This document shows positions 46,652-60,560 of a DNA stretch of 64,000 nt, piece after piece; within the stretch, counting starts at the first letter, position 1, and every line of letters starts with the position of its first letter. The position numbers and the translations under genes are program-made. Source of the stretch: Nemertoderma westbladi (taxonomy: Eukaryota > Animalia > Xenacoelomorpha); the NCBI GenBank assembly GCA_032718475.1, contig JAUCBJ010001071.1, positions 62,001-126,000 on the forward strand. The letters are read 5' to 3'. A model generated the notes under the pieces. It searched no databases, was not told the DNA's origin, and was given only the letters and a program-made list of their open reading frames with translations.

Positions 46652-48079
46652 TTTTTCACTTAAAAACTGATGGATTCAAATTTTCTGAAAATAGTTCATA
46701 TGTTCTGACTATATGAGCACAATATGATTAGAAGTTCATACAGAGTAGAGTTGCACCAATCCAAATGGTCTGTCCAATATATTTATTGTCTTGCTGTAAC
46801 TAAGATTATTTATAAAATTGGTTTACTTAAGAAATCAAAACTAATAGAAAATTTTTATGGCTACTACTATGTGAAAACATGATTAAACCAACTAGTATTG
46901 ATACTACCCAGTTCCTGACATTTGAACAAATGGGGTTGAGAACCCCGAAGTCAGCTTGCATGCATCTACTGTTAGAGAATGCCTATGAGTCTAATCTTTT
47001 GACTGATATATCAAAAGTAGATTATCTAGCAGGCAATGGAGGTAATATGTTCCTTCAAGATGTGCCTGAATTGGAAATGTTTGTTGATGATCGTTATGTA
47101 ATAATAATAATAATAATAATATAATAATATCTAAGATGTGTATGGGTATCTTCGAGAAGATCAAGTCGTGAGAACCAAAAGTTATATCATGTTAACAACT
47201 GGAAGGTTTGGGTCTGCCTCTTATATTGTGGAGAAGCTGAGGAGGGAGGCAACACAAACAATCGGTAAGAACTGTGGTGACTTTATACACACAAAAATAT
47301 TAGCCTCTGTACCATTACAATCTCATGGACTGATAATGCAAACAGTGCATAAAATTGAAGGAGAGATGAATGATAAATATATCAAAAACTGGAAAAACCT
47401 GGAACAAAAAGAACCTATTGCTGTCTTTGTTGCAAAGTTGGATGTATCTGTAATCAACCTAGATGATCTGCAGGAGCACTTGGCTGAATTTGGTGAGTAC
47501 TACAGACATGTGGATGGGGAATATACTCTGTTGACTACACAAAGGACTTTGCTGGAACCCTCGATAGGAAGGCAATAGTCAAACATCTAGTGGAAACAAA
47601 AGGTTGGAGGTTGGAAGGGACATTTCAAGCAGAATTGGAGGGTGATCAGCTCACAATTTCGGAAAACACTTCATCTGTGGGAAACCATGTGTTGACATAC
47701 ATCACATCTTGGGGCGGAAATACAATGAGAGTGAAGCTGTACAACAAAATTGTTTGTCAGTTTCAAGCAGGAGAAGTATTGGAGAATTTTGGAGGGCATT
47801 TGGCAGACTACGCTGATTGCAGGAACCCTGTCCTTCGGAAATCCTTAGAACATCCATTGATCCAGCAATATGGATGTACAAGAGTTGAGATATCCTTGTA
47901 CTCTATGAATTACATATCTAGAGATCTTGGCGTGGGAGTGATGAGAAGTGCATTAGAAAACATACAGCCATATCAGGGATTATTTGTTCAGCCAAGCGGG
48001 AGGAATCACTGGCTAGCTCTAGCAAAAAAAAAGGTTTCTGGAGTGAAAGTGCAGTGTAAGTTTGATATACAAGAAAATA

Positions 48080-51000
48080 GACAAAGATGGGGGAAGATGG
48101 GAGACAAAGATGGGAGACAAAGATGGGAGACAAAGATGGGAGACAAAGATGGGAGACAAAGATGGGGGACAAAGATGGGGGACAAAGATGGGGGACAAAG
48201 ATGGGAGACAAAGATGGGAGACAAAGATGGGAGACAAAGATGGGAGACAAAGATGGGAGACAAAGATGGGAGACAAAGATGGGAGACAAAGATGGGAGGC
48301 AAAGATGGGAGACAACGATGGGAGACAAAGATGGGAGACAAAGATGGGAGACAAAGATGGGAGACAAAGATGGGAGACAAAGATGGGAGACAAAGATGGG
48401 AGACAAAGATGGGAGACAAAGATGGGAGACAAAGATGGGAGACAAATATGGGAGACAAAGATGGGGGACAAAGATGGGAGACAAAGATGGGAGAAAAAGA
48501 TGGGAGACAAAGATGGGAGACAAAGATGGGAGACAAAGATGGGAGACAAAGATGGGAGACAAAGATGGGAGACAAAGATGGGAGACAAAGATGGGAGACA
48601 AAGATGGGAGACAAAGATGGGAGACAAAGATGGGAGACAAAGATGGGAGACAAAGATGGGAGACAAAGATGGGAGACAAAGATGGGAGACAAAGATGGGA
48701 GACAAAGATGGGAGACAAAGATGGGAGACAAAGATGGGAGACAAAGATGGGAGACAAAGATGGGAGACAAAGATGGGAGACAAAGATGGGAGACAAAGAT
48801 GGGAGACAAAGATGGGAGACAAAGATGGGAGACAAAGATGGGAGACAAAGATGGGAGACAAAGATGGGAGACAAAGATGGGAGACAAAGATGGGAGACAA
48901 GGATGGGAGACAAAGATGGGAGACAAAGATGGGAGACAAAGATGGGAGACAAAGATGGGAGACAAAGATGGGAGACAAAGATGGGAGACAAAGATGGGAG
49001 ACAAAGATGGGAGACAAAGATGGGAGACAAAGATGGGAGACAAAGATGGGAGACAAAGATGGGAGACAAAGATGGGAGACAAAGATGGGAGACAAAGATG
49101 GGAGACAAAGATGGGAGACAAAGATGGGAGACAAAGATGGGAGACAAAGATGGGAGACAAAGATGGGAGACAAAGATGGGAGACAAAGATGGGAGACAAA
49201 GATGGGAGACAAAGATGGGAGACAAAGATGGGAGACAAAGATGGGAGACAAAGATGGGAGACAAAGATGGGAGACAAAGATGGGAGACAAAGATGGGAGA
49301 CAAAGATGGGAGACAAAGATGGGAGACAAAGATGGGAGACAAAGATGGGAGACAAAGATGGGAGACAAAGATGGGAGACAAAGATGGGAGACAAAGATGG
49401 GAGACAAAGATGGGAGACAAAGATGGGAGACAAAGATGGGAGACAAAGATGGGAGACAAAGATGGGAGACAAAGATGGGAGACAAAGATGGGAGACAAAG
49501 ATGGGAGACAAAGATGGGAGACAAAGATGGGAGACAAAGATGGGAGACAAAGATGGGAGACAAAGATGGGAGACAAAGATGGGAGACAAAGATGGGAGAC
49601 AAAGATGGGAGACAAAGATGGGAGACAAAGATGGGAGACAAAGATGGGAGACAAAGATGGGAGACAAAGATGGGAGACAAAGATGGGAGACAAAGATGGG
49701 AGACAAAGATGGGAGACAAAGATGGGAGACAAAGATGGGAGACAAAGATGGGAGACAAAGATGGGAGACAAAGATGGGAGACAAAGATGGGAGACAAAGA
49801 TGGGAGACAAAGATGGGAGACAAAGATGGGAGACAAAGATGGGAGACAAAGATGGGAGACAAAGATGGGAGACAAAGATGGGAGACAAAGATGGGAGACA
49901 AAGATGGGAGACAAAGATGGGAGACAAAGATGGGAGACAAAGATGGGAGACAAAGATGGGAGACAAAGATGGGAGACAAAGATGGGAGACAAAGATGGGA
50001 GACAAAGATGGGAGACAAAGATGGGAGACAAAGATGGGAGACAAAGATGGGAGACAAAGATGGGAGACAAAGATGGGAGACAAAGATGGGAGACAAAGAT
50101 GGGAGACAAAGATGGGAGACAAAGATGGGAGACAAAGATGGGAGACAAAGATGGGAGACAAAGATGGGAGACAAAGATGGGAGACAAAGATGGGAGACAA
50201 AGATGGGAGACAAAGATGGGAGACAAAGATGGGAGACAAAGATGGGAGACAAAGATGGGAGACAAAGATGGGAGACAAAGATGGGAGACAAAGATGGGAG
50301 ACAAAGATGGGAGACAAAGATGGGAGACAAAGATGGGAGACAAAGATGGGAGACAAAGATGGGAGACAAAGATGGGAGACAAAGATGGGAGACAAAGATG
50401 GGAGACAAAGATGGGAGACAAAGATGGGAGACAAAGATGGGAGACAAAGATGGGAGACAAAGATGGGAGACAAAGATGGGAGACAAAGATGGGAGACAAA
50501 GATGGGAGACAAAGATGGGAGACAAAGATGGGAGACAAAGATGGGAGACAAAGATGGGAGACAAAGATGGGAGACAAAGATGGGAGACAAAGATGGGAGA
50601 CAAAGATGGGAGACAAAGATGGGAGACAAAGATGGGAGACAAAGATGGGAGACAAAGATGGGAGACAAAGATGGGAGACAAAGATGGGAGACAAAGATGG
50701 GAGACAAAGATGGGAGACAAAGATGGGAGACAAAGATGGGAGACAAAGATGGGAGACAAAGATGGGAGACAAAGATGGGAGACAAAGATGGGAGACAAAG
50801 ATGGGAGACAAAGATGGGAGACAAAGATGGGAGACAAAGATGGGAGACAAAGATGGGAGACAAAGATGGGAGACAAAGATGGGAGACAAAGATGGGAGAC
50901 AAAGATGGGAGACAAAGATGGGAGACAAAGATGGGAGACAAAGATGGGAGACAAAGATGGGAGACAAAGATGGGAGACAAAGATGGGAGACAAAGATGGG

Positions 51001-52600
51001 AGACAAAGATGGGAGACAAAGATGGGAGACAAAGATGGGAGACAAAGATGGGAGACAAAGATGGGAGACAAAGATGGGAGACAAAGATGGGAGACAAAGA
51101 TGGGAGACAAAGATGGGAGACAAAGATGGGAGACAAAGATGGGAGACAAAGATGGGAGACAAAGATGGGAGACAAAGATGGGAGACAAAGATGGGAGACA
51201 AAGATGGGAGACAAAGATGGGAGACAAAGATGGGAGACAAAGATGGGAGACAAAGATGGGAGACAAAGATGGGAGACAAAGATGGGAGACAAAGATGGGA
51301 GACAAAGATGGGAGACAAAGATGGGAGACAAAGATGGGAGACAAAGATGGGAGACAAAGATGGGAGACAAAGATGGGAGACAAAGATGGGAGACAAAGAT
51401 GGGAGACAAAGATGGGAGACAAAGATGGGAGACAAAGATGGGAGACAAAGATGGGAGACAAAGATGGGAGACAAAGATGGGAGACAAAGATGGGAGACAA
51501 AGATGGGAGACAAAGATGGGAGACAAAGATGGGAGACAAAGATGGGAGACAAAGATGGGAGACAAAGATGGGAGACAAAGATGGGAGACAAAGATGGGAG
51601 ACAAAGATGGGAGACAAAGATGGGAGACAAAGATGGGAGACAAAGATGGGAGACAAAGATGGGAGACAAAGATGGGAGACAAAGATGGGAGACAAAGATG
51701 GGAGACAAAGATGGGAGACAAAGATGGGAGACAAAGATGGGAGACAAAGATGGGAGACAAAGATGGGAGACAAAGATGGGAGACAAAGATGGGAGACAAA
51801 GATGGGAGACAAAGATGGGAGACAAAGATGGGAGACAAAGATGGGAGACAAAGATGGGAGACAAAGATGGGAGACAAAGATGGGAGACAAAGATGGGAGA
51901 CAAAGATGGGAGACAAAGATAGGAGACAAAGATGGGAGACAAAGATGGGAGACAAAGATGGGAGACAAAGATGGGAGACAAAGATGGGAGACAAAGATGG
52001 GAGACAAAGATGGGAGACAAAGATGGGAGACAAAGATGGGAGACAAAGATGGGAGACAAAGATGGGAGACAAAGATGGGGGACAAAGATGGGAGACAAAG
52101 ATGGGAGACAAAGATGGGAGACAAAGATGGGGGACAAAGATGGGAGACAAAGATGGGGGACAAAGATGGGAGACAAAGATGGGAGACAAAGATGGGAGAC
52201 AAAGATGGGAGACAAGGATGGGAGACAAAGATGGGAGACAAAGATGGGGGACAAAGATGGGAGACAAAGATGGGAGACAAAGATGGGAGACAAAGATGGG
52301 GGACAAAGATGGGAGACAAAGATGGGAGACAAAGATGGGAGACAAAGATGGGGGACAAAGATGGGAGACAAAGATGGGAGACAAGGATGGGAGACAAAGA
52401 TGGGAGACAGAGATGGGAGACAAAGATGGGAGACAAAGATGGGAGACAAAGATGGGAGACAAAGATGGGAGACAAAGATGGGAGACAAAGATGGGAGACA
52501 AAGATGGGAGACAAAGATGGGAGACAAAGATGGGAGACAAAGATGGGAGACAAAGATGGGAGACAAAGATGGGAGACAAAGATGGGAGACAAAGATGGGA
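48080..52600. repeat. 13-bp minisatellite (GACAAAGATGGGA), ~348 copies
   Basis: Homogeneous core with variants at both edges. Single-copy at the equivalent sites 28101 and 38861. Confidence 0.99.
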
Positions 52601-53402
52601 GAAAGCTATATTGTGGAGGTTTTCGAGGTTGTCCTATATTTTGCTTCCAAATTAGAAATCAAAATGAAATTGAAAAGGGCACAGAAATAGCACAGAAATG
52701 CTATTTCAAAGACCCCACTGCAAAAACAATACTTTGTTCATCGAAACTTCCAACACAGTGTAGGTCAGTTCAAGCAAGAATTCCGTTGGAAGAAATGTTG
52801 CCACCAACAGATTTCATAGAATGGACTTGGAGAAAAGAGCCTTGCAAATCATTGGGAACAGCAAAGATGCATTGGAAACTACAAGAGGTGCCTGAATACT
52901 TGCAAACACATCAAGTATCTTGGTTGTCAACGTGGAAAAGAGCGCAGAGGAACATTGATATTCTACATTATTTAGAATGTGAAAAATGGAGACAAGAGGC
53001 ACTGCAAAGAAGTGCAAGAAATCGAGAAGAAGTAGCCCTGATACACAAAAGGTTGCTGGAGTTTAAGAAAAGAAAAGAGCAGTTAAATGAACAGAAGGAA
53101 TATGTTTTGCATCTATTGAAGCCTACTCCCATACAAAAAATTTGTGAGTTGGATGGTTAGAAACCATTACAAGTAACTGTGCTTGGATTTCGACAAGCAA
53201 CTGGACCCTACCAAAGATACGAAATGTTGCTTTCGATTGGTGGTGAAATTTCCAAGATATATTCTAACCGAGGCTTGGAGTGTGTTTTAGATGAATTGAG
53301 AGATGCTTTTCACAGAGCACAAGAGCAAACTACAAGAGAAATTTATTTTTTGGTTGATGCAGAGCTGGAAATTGAAATTCAAGCACCCAAAGAGTTCATT
53401 AA

Positions 53403-54957
53403 CCCTATTAAACCCGGGGGGGGGGGGTCAATATGACCCCCCCGTGTTTTTTTTATTATAATTCTGAAACAAACGCAGTTGGGAATCTGAAATTTTATGA
53501 CTTTTCCTAAAAATCTATTGCCTTCCTAGTAGTGAAAACCGTTTTCAAAAATATTCGGTACTTTTCGAGTTATAGCACCATTTTTTAACCCTACTTTTGG
53601 CACTTTTTTTGAGACGTTTTTTGAAAATTACATTTCATTAAATATGAATTGTAACATATCTATTTTTGATTTACACCGGTTTTTTGGTGTTAGAAATTTG
53701 ATGGAATTCATATAAATTGATTTAGAAATTTCAAACTTGTTTTTTTCGGTGGGTGACAAATTTTGGTGCCAGCACCAAATTTTGAATTATGTCAATTTTG
53801 TAAATTGATTGTTTGAAACGTGTTTTTTACGCAATTGGGGTTTTTTGGGGTTCTGGATTCGATGAAATATATACGAGTTGCACCAAGCGTATCAAACTTG
53901 TATTTTTCGGTGCTGTGTGCAAATTTTGGTGCTAGCACGAAATTTTGAAAATTCATTCGATAGATAAAATTGCTTGTGACAATTTATTTCTTGCGTTTTA
54001 GAGGTTTATGGCTGTTCTGAATTCAATGGAATAAATAATTATCGAACTAGACATCTCAAACTTGTATTTTTCGGATGTGGGTGCAAAATGTGGTGCTAGC
54101 ACCAAATTTTGAAAACCATCAAATATATCAATTGATTGTGTCACCTTGTTTCTTGCGTTATACGGGTTTGTGATGGTTCTGAATTCAATGGAATCAGTAA
54201 AAATTTCATAAGAGTTCTCAAACTGGTATTTTTCGCCAGTGGGTGAAAATTGTTGTGCCAGCACCAAATTTTGGAAAATATGGAAATTTATCAGTAGATA
54301 GTATCACCTTGTTTCTTGCGTTATACGGGTTTATGAGGGTCCTGAATCCGATGGAATCCATAAAAACAACACTGGACATCGCAAACTTGTACTTTTTGGT
54401 GATGTGTACGAAATTTGGTGCTAGCACCAAAATTTGCCAAATTACGCCGAAAAATACAAGTATCAATGATCTGGCATATTAGAAATGTATTCCATTAGAA
54501 TCAGCGCCCTCGAAAACCTGAAAATGTGAATTTATAGCATCGTATAAGTGAATTAAAAATTTTGTGTTCTACCTGAAAAGTGCTGGTTACTTGTTTTTTT
54601 CATTTTTTTCCTACGCAGAGAGGACTAAACAGCCATTTATGGTAATCATATCATTTTTAAATATTTTCCAATGTATTTTGCACCCCAGAAAACCTGTATT
54701 GAAAAATAATTAGCCGAAAATGTAACTTTCAAATTTTGTGAAAATTGTGCACTACTTGTAATTTTGGTGCTGCAATATAACCACCCCAGTACATTTTTTC
54801 GAAAATTTTTTTTTTCGGTCGGATCCAGACAAGTGATACCTACGTACAAACAAAAAATCAGACGTTTTCGTAAATATTTGTAGATTTTAGAGGGGGGGGG
54901 TCAATATGACCCCCTCCCGGTATTTGTACAGCATTTTATAGCCCGGTACTAATAGGG
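53403..54957. mobile_element. Non-autonomous piggyBac-like element
   Basis: TTAA TSD at 53399-53402 and 54958-54961. Termini CCCTATTA...TAATAGGG, subterminal GGGGGGTCAATATGACCCCC palindromes, and five internal ~163-bp repeats with TTTGGTGCTAGCACCAAA. Absent from units 1 and 2. Confidence 0.9.
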
Positions 54958-57644
54958 TTAATGAGCAGCAGCAGATAATTATTTGGTATCCAATTAAATT
55001 ATTGAGAAGCCCAATTGAAGGCGAACAACAAAATATACAAGATAGATTGAAGAAAGTCGAAAATGAATATGAGAAAGCCAAGTCCATGTGCTTGGTTGAA
55101 TATCCTGCAAAAGAGAAGAGCAGTGCAGTGTGAGAAAAGTGCTTGAATTGGAAGAAGGTGAATATCAATGTATAGCATATTGGAACCAGAGCTATAGAGG
55201 AAAAGTGCGTCATGTATTATATACCTGCAGAACAAGGATGGTGAATCTGCGAGACCAGTGTATGGCTATTTCTTGCAGAGAGAAGTTGAGCAGATACAGT
55301 GTGATTTGTCCACAGTATTATCTCCATTGCTAGTGAAAGTTGGAAGAACAAAGACAACACCACAGAAGAACAAGGATAGAATCATCACTTTAGCACACAC
55401 TCTGCATAGCACAACAACCATGTCAGAGCCCTAGGTTTAGCACAACAATGGTAATTGTAGACATAACTGAAACTGAGAACAATTTTGCCTATTAAATAAA
55501 AGTGGTGCATACTGCACACATATGCAACAGACACCATCTGATGAAGAAAGCAATATAGTCCGATTCAAAAAATGCATACATTGTCTCATACAATAAATTC
55601 CGAAACTTTTAGAGGATTTAGTGCAGCATGCGTTTGTCCTGGATTTTAACAAATTTTGACCAACAAAAATAGTATTTTGCAAAAGTAGGCTAAATCTCTT
55701 GCCATAACACAAAATCTTAGCAGGTTAAATATTTGGGCAACTATGCATTTACATAGATGCATACTTACCTGCACTGCAGTCAAGTATACTTACCCGCACT
55801 TTTTACGGGCATGAGTACATGCATACTTACCCACACTTTGAGCAGCAAGTTGTCAAAATGAAGCCTAAATGCATACCTACCTGCAATTTAGCATCCCGGA
55901 GCTCATGAATTCTTACTTTTGCATGGATAAATTTTGTTAGTTATGCCTTGATTAAAAATTTGTCACCTATCGACTGTGTCCTGGGGAGAACATCCCGGGT
56001 GATGTGAACCGGCCTTAACAGTAGATTATATCAAAGGTTTCGTTTTTTGAAACCTCGCAGGTTTCAGCTGGTGCAACCCAAAGCCTAATGAAAACTGTCA
56101 TATAACCCTAACCATGGGTATAACCCTAATCATATGAGGCCATGTCAGGTCAGGTCAGGTATTCTAGGTCATTGATCAAGAAAACTTGCCACCTCCATGC
56201 AGCATAAAGGAGGTGCCACCTGTAGCTGCATAGACCCTCTTACTAGGGCAAATCTGGTCCTGTAACTAGGACCCCCTTCGTTCTGGGATAAGGACGCCCT
56301 TGGTCCTGGATTAAGGACCCATATACTTGGCTGCAGGGGTATATGGCCTGACCAGGCAGATGGTGATCTACCAATGGCTGGTCAGGAGTAGAGTGTTCTC
56401 ATGTCCACTCTGAGAGCACTTCACTGCGACCTGCACCTGGCAGCAAGGGTACAGGGCATGACCCAGCAGATGAGCTGCAACAGCCAATGGTGGGTCATGT
56501 GCGCCAGAGTAGATATGGGTGATGGGCCTCATATCTGACTCCATTGCGACACCCACCCTGTGGAATGGCAAACCAGGGTGTGGGATTTGCCCCGAGAGCT
56601 GAGATATGAGGCCATAATCATTGAAATTTTGAGGAATTTCGCTTTGATTATGGCCTCATATGACATCGACATATTGTACTCTTCATTCTACGTAGATCAC
56701 AGTATAGATAAAGGCTACAGTAATGTTATTCAATGTTTAAATTACGAATTGTATGTTTTTAATTGCTGAAAGCGACTACTAGAATCCACTTTTTTTTTGG
56801 GGGGGGGGGGGGGGGGGGGGAGGAGGAGTGGTCATGAAATTTTTAATGCACATGCTCTCACTGTTCGCGCTTTCAGACCTTTAGCAGTTTAACCTGCCAA
56901 ATTTAGGTGCTTCTAGGTTATAAATCGACTTTAGCCTGGATACTTTGGATACACTACATTAGCCGAAGCCAGCCTATGCGCGACAATTCACCCGCTGGAT
57001 ATACCCGGGAGACTGGATTCGGAAGCTCTGACCTTATTGCGGTGTAGGCCTACTGTATTATTCGATTGATCGTTAATATATAATCTCTGACAAATATTAT
57101 TCACTTTCGGGAAATATCAACAGTTCCTTTAGGACGTGGCGCTCTAAGTATGTAAACAGAGTTATGACTTACACTAAACACAACGGGATGGCTAATGATT
57201 CACGTATAAAGCGCATTCTTTAGGAGATGCTTTGTTATCTGTCACAATCATGCACACTACCGCACAATGCTGCACACCGATCTGCCGACCTTCACTAATT
57301 TTAGTCACATATAAAGAGAACAGCAACCGACACATGTAGTGCCTATGAAATAGCATTAGATTCACTCCAAAACCACTTTAATGTAAGTCGCAATTGCTAT
57401 ATGTAACCTGTCTCTTACCTTCAGTATATCAAGAAGATTGGGGTTTTATGATTATTTATCGATATTATCCAAATATAATAATATTCCATCAACTGATATA
57501 ATTAATAACCGACAGTAAATAGCAGTAAAAATGCGGTGTTTGTAGGTGACAATATGATTTGTAACAATATGAATTGCGTTGATAACAGTTATACGTTTCT
57601 ATGATCAAAGCCTACTAATGTTTGGCTAAAGTCTGAAACATAGA

Positions 57645-60560
57645 AATTACGATCGGTGTATCCGCCGGTCGAGGTACCTGGTTGATCGATATCAACTTCA
57701 GTGGAGCGAGGTCTAATGGCCTTTAGGGCGCGTCTTAGGACAGCAGCTCCTACTGGTCCCTGACGAGTCGTCTGGACAATAGCGGTAGGTGGACCATGAG
57801 TGGTGAGAAACCTCCTCGGTTTAATGGTTCTTTCCAGCTCGCGTTCTCGGGCTCGATATTCGTAGGGCCGTCGAGATACTTCCTGTAACTCAGGGTGCGA
57901 GTTGATAAATAAATCGCCATACTCAGGGTCTTGACGGATGAAATTGATCAAATGGTATGAATTAATATCATTAGGATTGACGTTCCTGAGATATTTTCGA
58001 ACAAATTTGGTGGAAATACACTCACCAACACGCTTCATTAGTTCGTAACTCGGTGTGCGTGTTTTTTGTTCAACAGACGCGAATAGATAAGGATGGAACG
58101 CGTAAACTCCCTCGTAGGCGCGTCCAGGGTAATAGCGATGGCGTGACTCACAATGTAAGTCCGCGTTCACTTCCCAAGCCCGGATGTAGCGCAGGGTAAT
58201 CATCTCATCTACGCTTTCCAGATCGCAGTTAAAAGGGCAATTAAAACTGGGATGTCCTTTAAGTTGACAGTAGTGGCATTGAGTCATAAATTGGGGGCAG
58301 ACTGCAAAAATGTGCGAGTTATTGAGTCTGCAATACACACAATAGATCTCCATCATCGGTTGTTCATGGAAATAGGAGCAGGGTACGTCTGAGTCCATAG
58401 GGGTGAAATGATCTCTCGATCGCATAATCGGCAACGTTTTCGAGAAACATAGTTGGCATGCCGATAATCGTATGCGGTGAGACATTGTGGACCTTGATAC
58501 CATTCCAAGACGTAGTCGTTATCGCTGCTCCGGGGCGCTGTAGGCTGAATCTCCTCAGATTCTAAGCATATTGGTTCATCTTCCAATTGCATAGCTGAGA
58601 TAGGTGCGGCTGTCTCCGCAAGCGAACCCACTGTCTGAACTTCCACGACAGAATAACCCATGGGTATTCGAGGTCTTTGTATAACAGATGAATGTAAGTT
58701 CTGTATACAAACGTCCTTGAAAAGGGCGAATCCTGCGCTGTCTAACTTCTCCGCAGCTGAGTCTCTTAGGCTGAGTTTGGTCAGAGCGCGGTCCTTGAAC
58801 TGACTATCAACGTTACGGAACGGAGTCAGAAAGCGCCTGAAACATTCGAAGCGAATAAATTTATTGTGTTCATCTAGCTTGGCGAGTTTGGTTCCAAGTA
58901 TTAAGGGATGGGCGCGTATGGTGCGACTGCACACATCGGCTAGCCAACCGGCAAGTGCGGCGTTATCAAAGATCGTGTATATAGCTAAGGAGGGACGAAG
59001 TGGAACACTCATAAAGCTATACGCGGCGCCAGGTGCGGTCAATGGTCTGTCAAAGTATAATCGAGAATAATGATCTCCATATACTTGTTGTTAGTTGATA
59101 GGATTTCCAACCTTGAAATTCCATCCGTATTCTTGAAAGGCAAGATGTCCAATGGAGGTTCGTTGTACTTTAGTAATGCCGCTGGGTGTATTTGCATACA
59201 TAGTGCGGAAGAAACCTCGGCCTTCTGCCCAGGGAGCAATCAGCTGAGTATCGACGAAAGGGTATGGAATGTTCTCCATGTTCCGAAAGTCGTTTTGGAG
59301 ATCTCCATAAACAGCTGAGCCGATTTTAAGGATTCTTTCGTTAAACAACATCTCGAGCACGGGCTGGGGTAACATCGATCCATCGATACCCATGGCCAGT
59401 TTGCGCTCGGTGTCAGTGAAGATCCTTTTCCGATCTTCTGCCGAATAGCGTCAAACGCGTTTCGTACAACGCTCTCTTCGACTTCGGTAACGGGTTGTAT
59501 CGGGGTTAAGCCTGGACGGTTGTACGGGTTAAACGGCAATATTAGATGACCGCGTCCTAATCCGGCTAGGTAGGGTTGGCGAATATCTAGTGAGCCCACT
59601 ACCGGAGTGCCACCGATTAATTGTTCGGGTAACACAAGATCTTTAAATAGTGAGTACAGTTCAGGGGGATCCGTTATACTATTAGGATCAAGCGTTTGAG
59701 GTCTCACTGAGGAATGAGGAGGTCTGACCGAGTATTCCGGAACTCTGATCATCGGTTTATTTAAGGATCGTTTGAGTCGAGCGAGCGTAGGTGATACGTC
59801 GAACAGGTTTCGCTCGAAACTCCCATAAGTATATCGTGTAAAACTGTGTTTAGCGCAATGTCTCCGCGGATGTTTATGTCTTTCCGTTTGCTGATTGGGT
59901 CTAGGGCATTCGTCGCAGTAATACCAAAGACGCACGTCCTGCAGGGGAAATGCGGGTGATCGTTCTCCAGTTTTACAATATTCCTCCATCTGTTCGAAGC
60001 TATCTGGTATGACAGGTAGCGGTCGATCGGCGGTAAGATACATCATAGTGAAATAAAGTCGTTTGAGTTCTGTCATGGGGTCATGATGTATACCTTGAGG
60101 ATATCGAGTTTCTAGATTTTGTTGACTGGCAATATTGAGATATGTTTCTCTCAGGAATTCCAGATAATCGTTGAAGTCGCTGCGTTTATCCGGCTCTTCA
60201 ACGTCTTCCCTTTCGAGTCTGTTTCGAATAGAATTCTCGTGTTCTATTCTCAGTTTATCGTTCCGACTCCGCTGGGTATCTTTCGGTGTCTACATCGTCC
60301 GTATCGTGTAAATCGATAGGATGGCCAGTAGTTAAGAAGTCCATATACGTACCATTACGATGCGTATAGCGAGCGGTGAATTTTCTATAGTCCAATTCAC
60401 GCGTAAGTTGCTCCTGGGACATTGGTGGTTCGATATAACGACCATCGTCCTCCGTAGTAGTTGGACCAGCGTCGACGCGTATCAAGCTATCAACAAACGC
60501 TTGTAAAGGTAGAGTATATCGCTCCCTGATACCAAGATCATCTTCTATCAACTCAGTCAT
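57645..60560 (-). pseudogene. ORF3 of BEL copy 3 (frameshifted; keeps the middle section missing from copy 1)
   Basis: Consecutive ORFs 60560-60255, 60076-59240, 59393-59091, 59042-58353 and 58503-57589. Motif CDEC...HKHPRRHCAKH plus zinc knuckles. Confidence 0.8.

Larger units (their letters stand above)
46857..55434 (+). pseudogene. Rep_trans-like ORF, unit 3 (13-mer expansion and piggyBac-like insertion)
   Basis: Colinear with units 1 and 2 on both sides of the insertions. Homology to the unit ends near 55761. Confidence 0.6.

Noticed and set aside
47590-53160. Giant 1300-1850-aa repetitive ORFs in all six frames
   Set aside because: An artefact of a stop-free 13-bp repeat. The frame match to the downstream Rep-like sequence depends on an adjacent deletion.
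55759-55890. U1 snRNA 5' end (ATACTTACCTG)
   Set aside because: Only ~11 nt match, as four degenerate short repeats. No U1 stem-loops or Sm site follow.
56100-56135. Telomeric CCCTAA repeats
   Set aside because: Only two separated copies, not an array.
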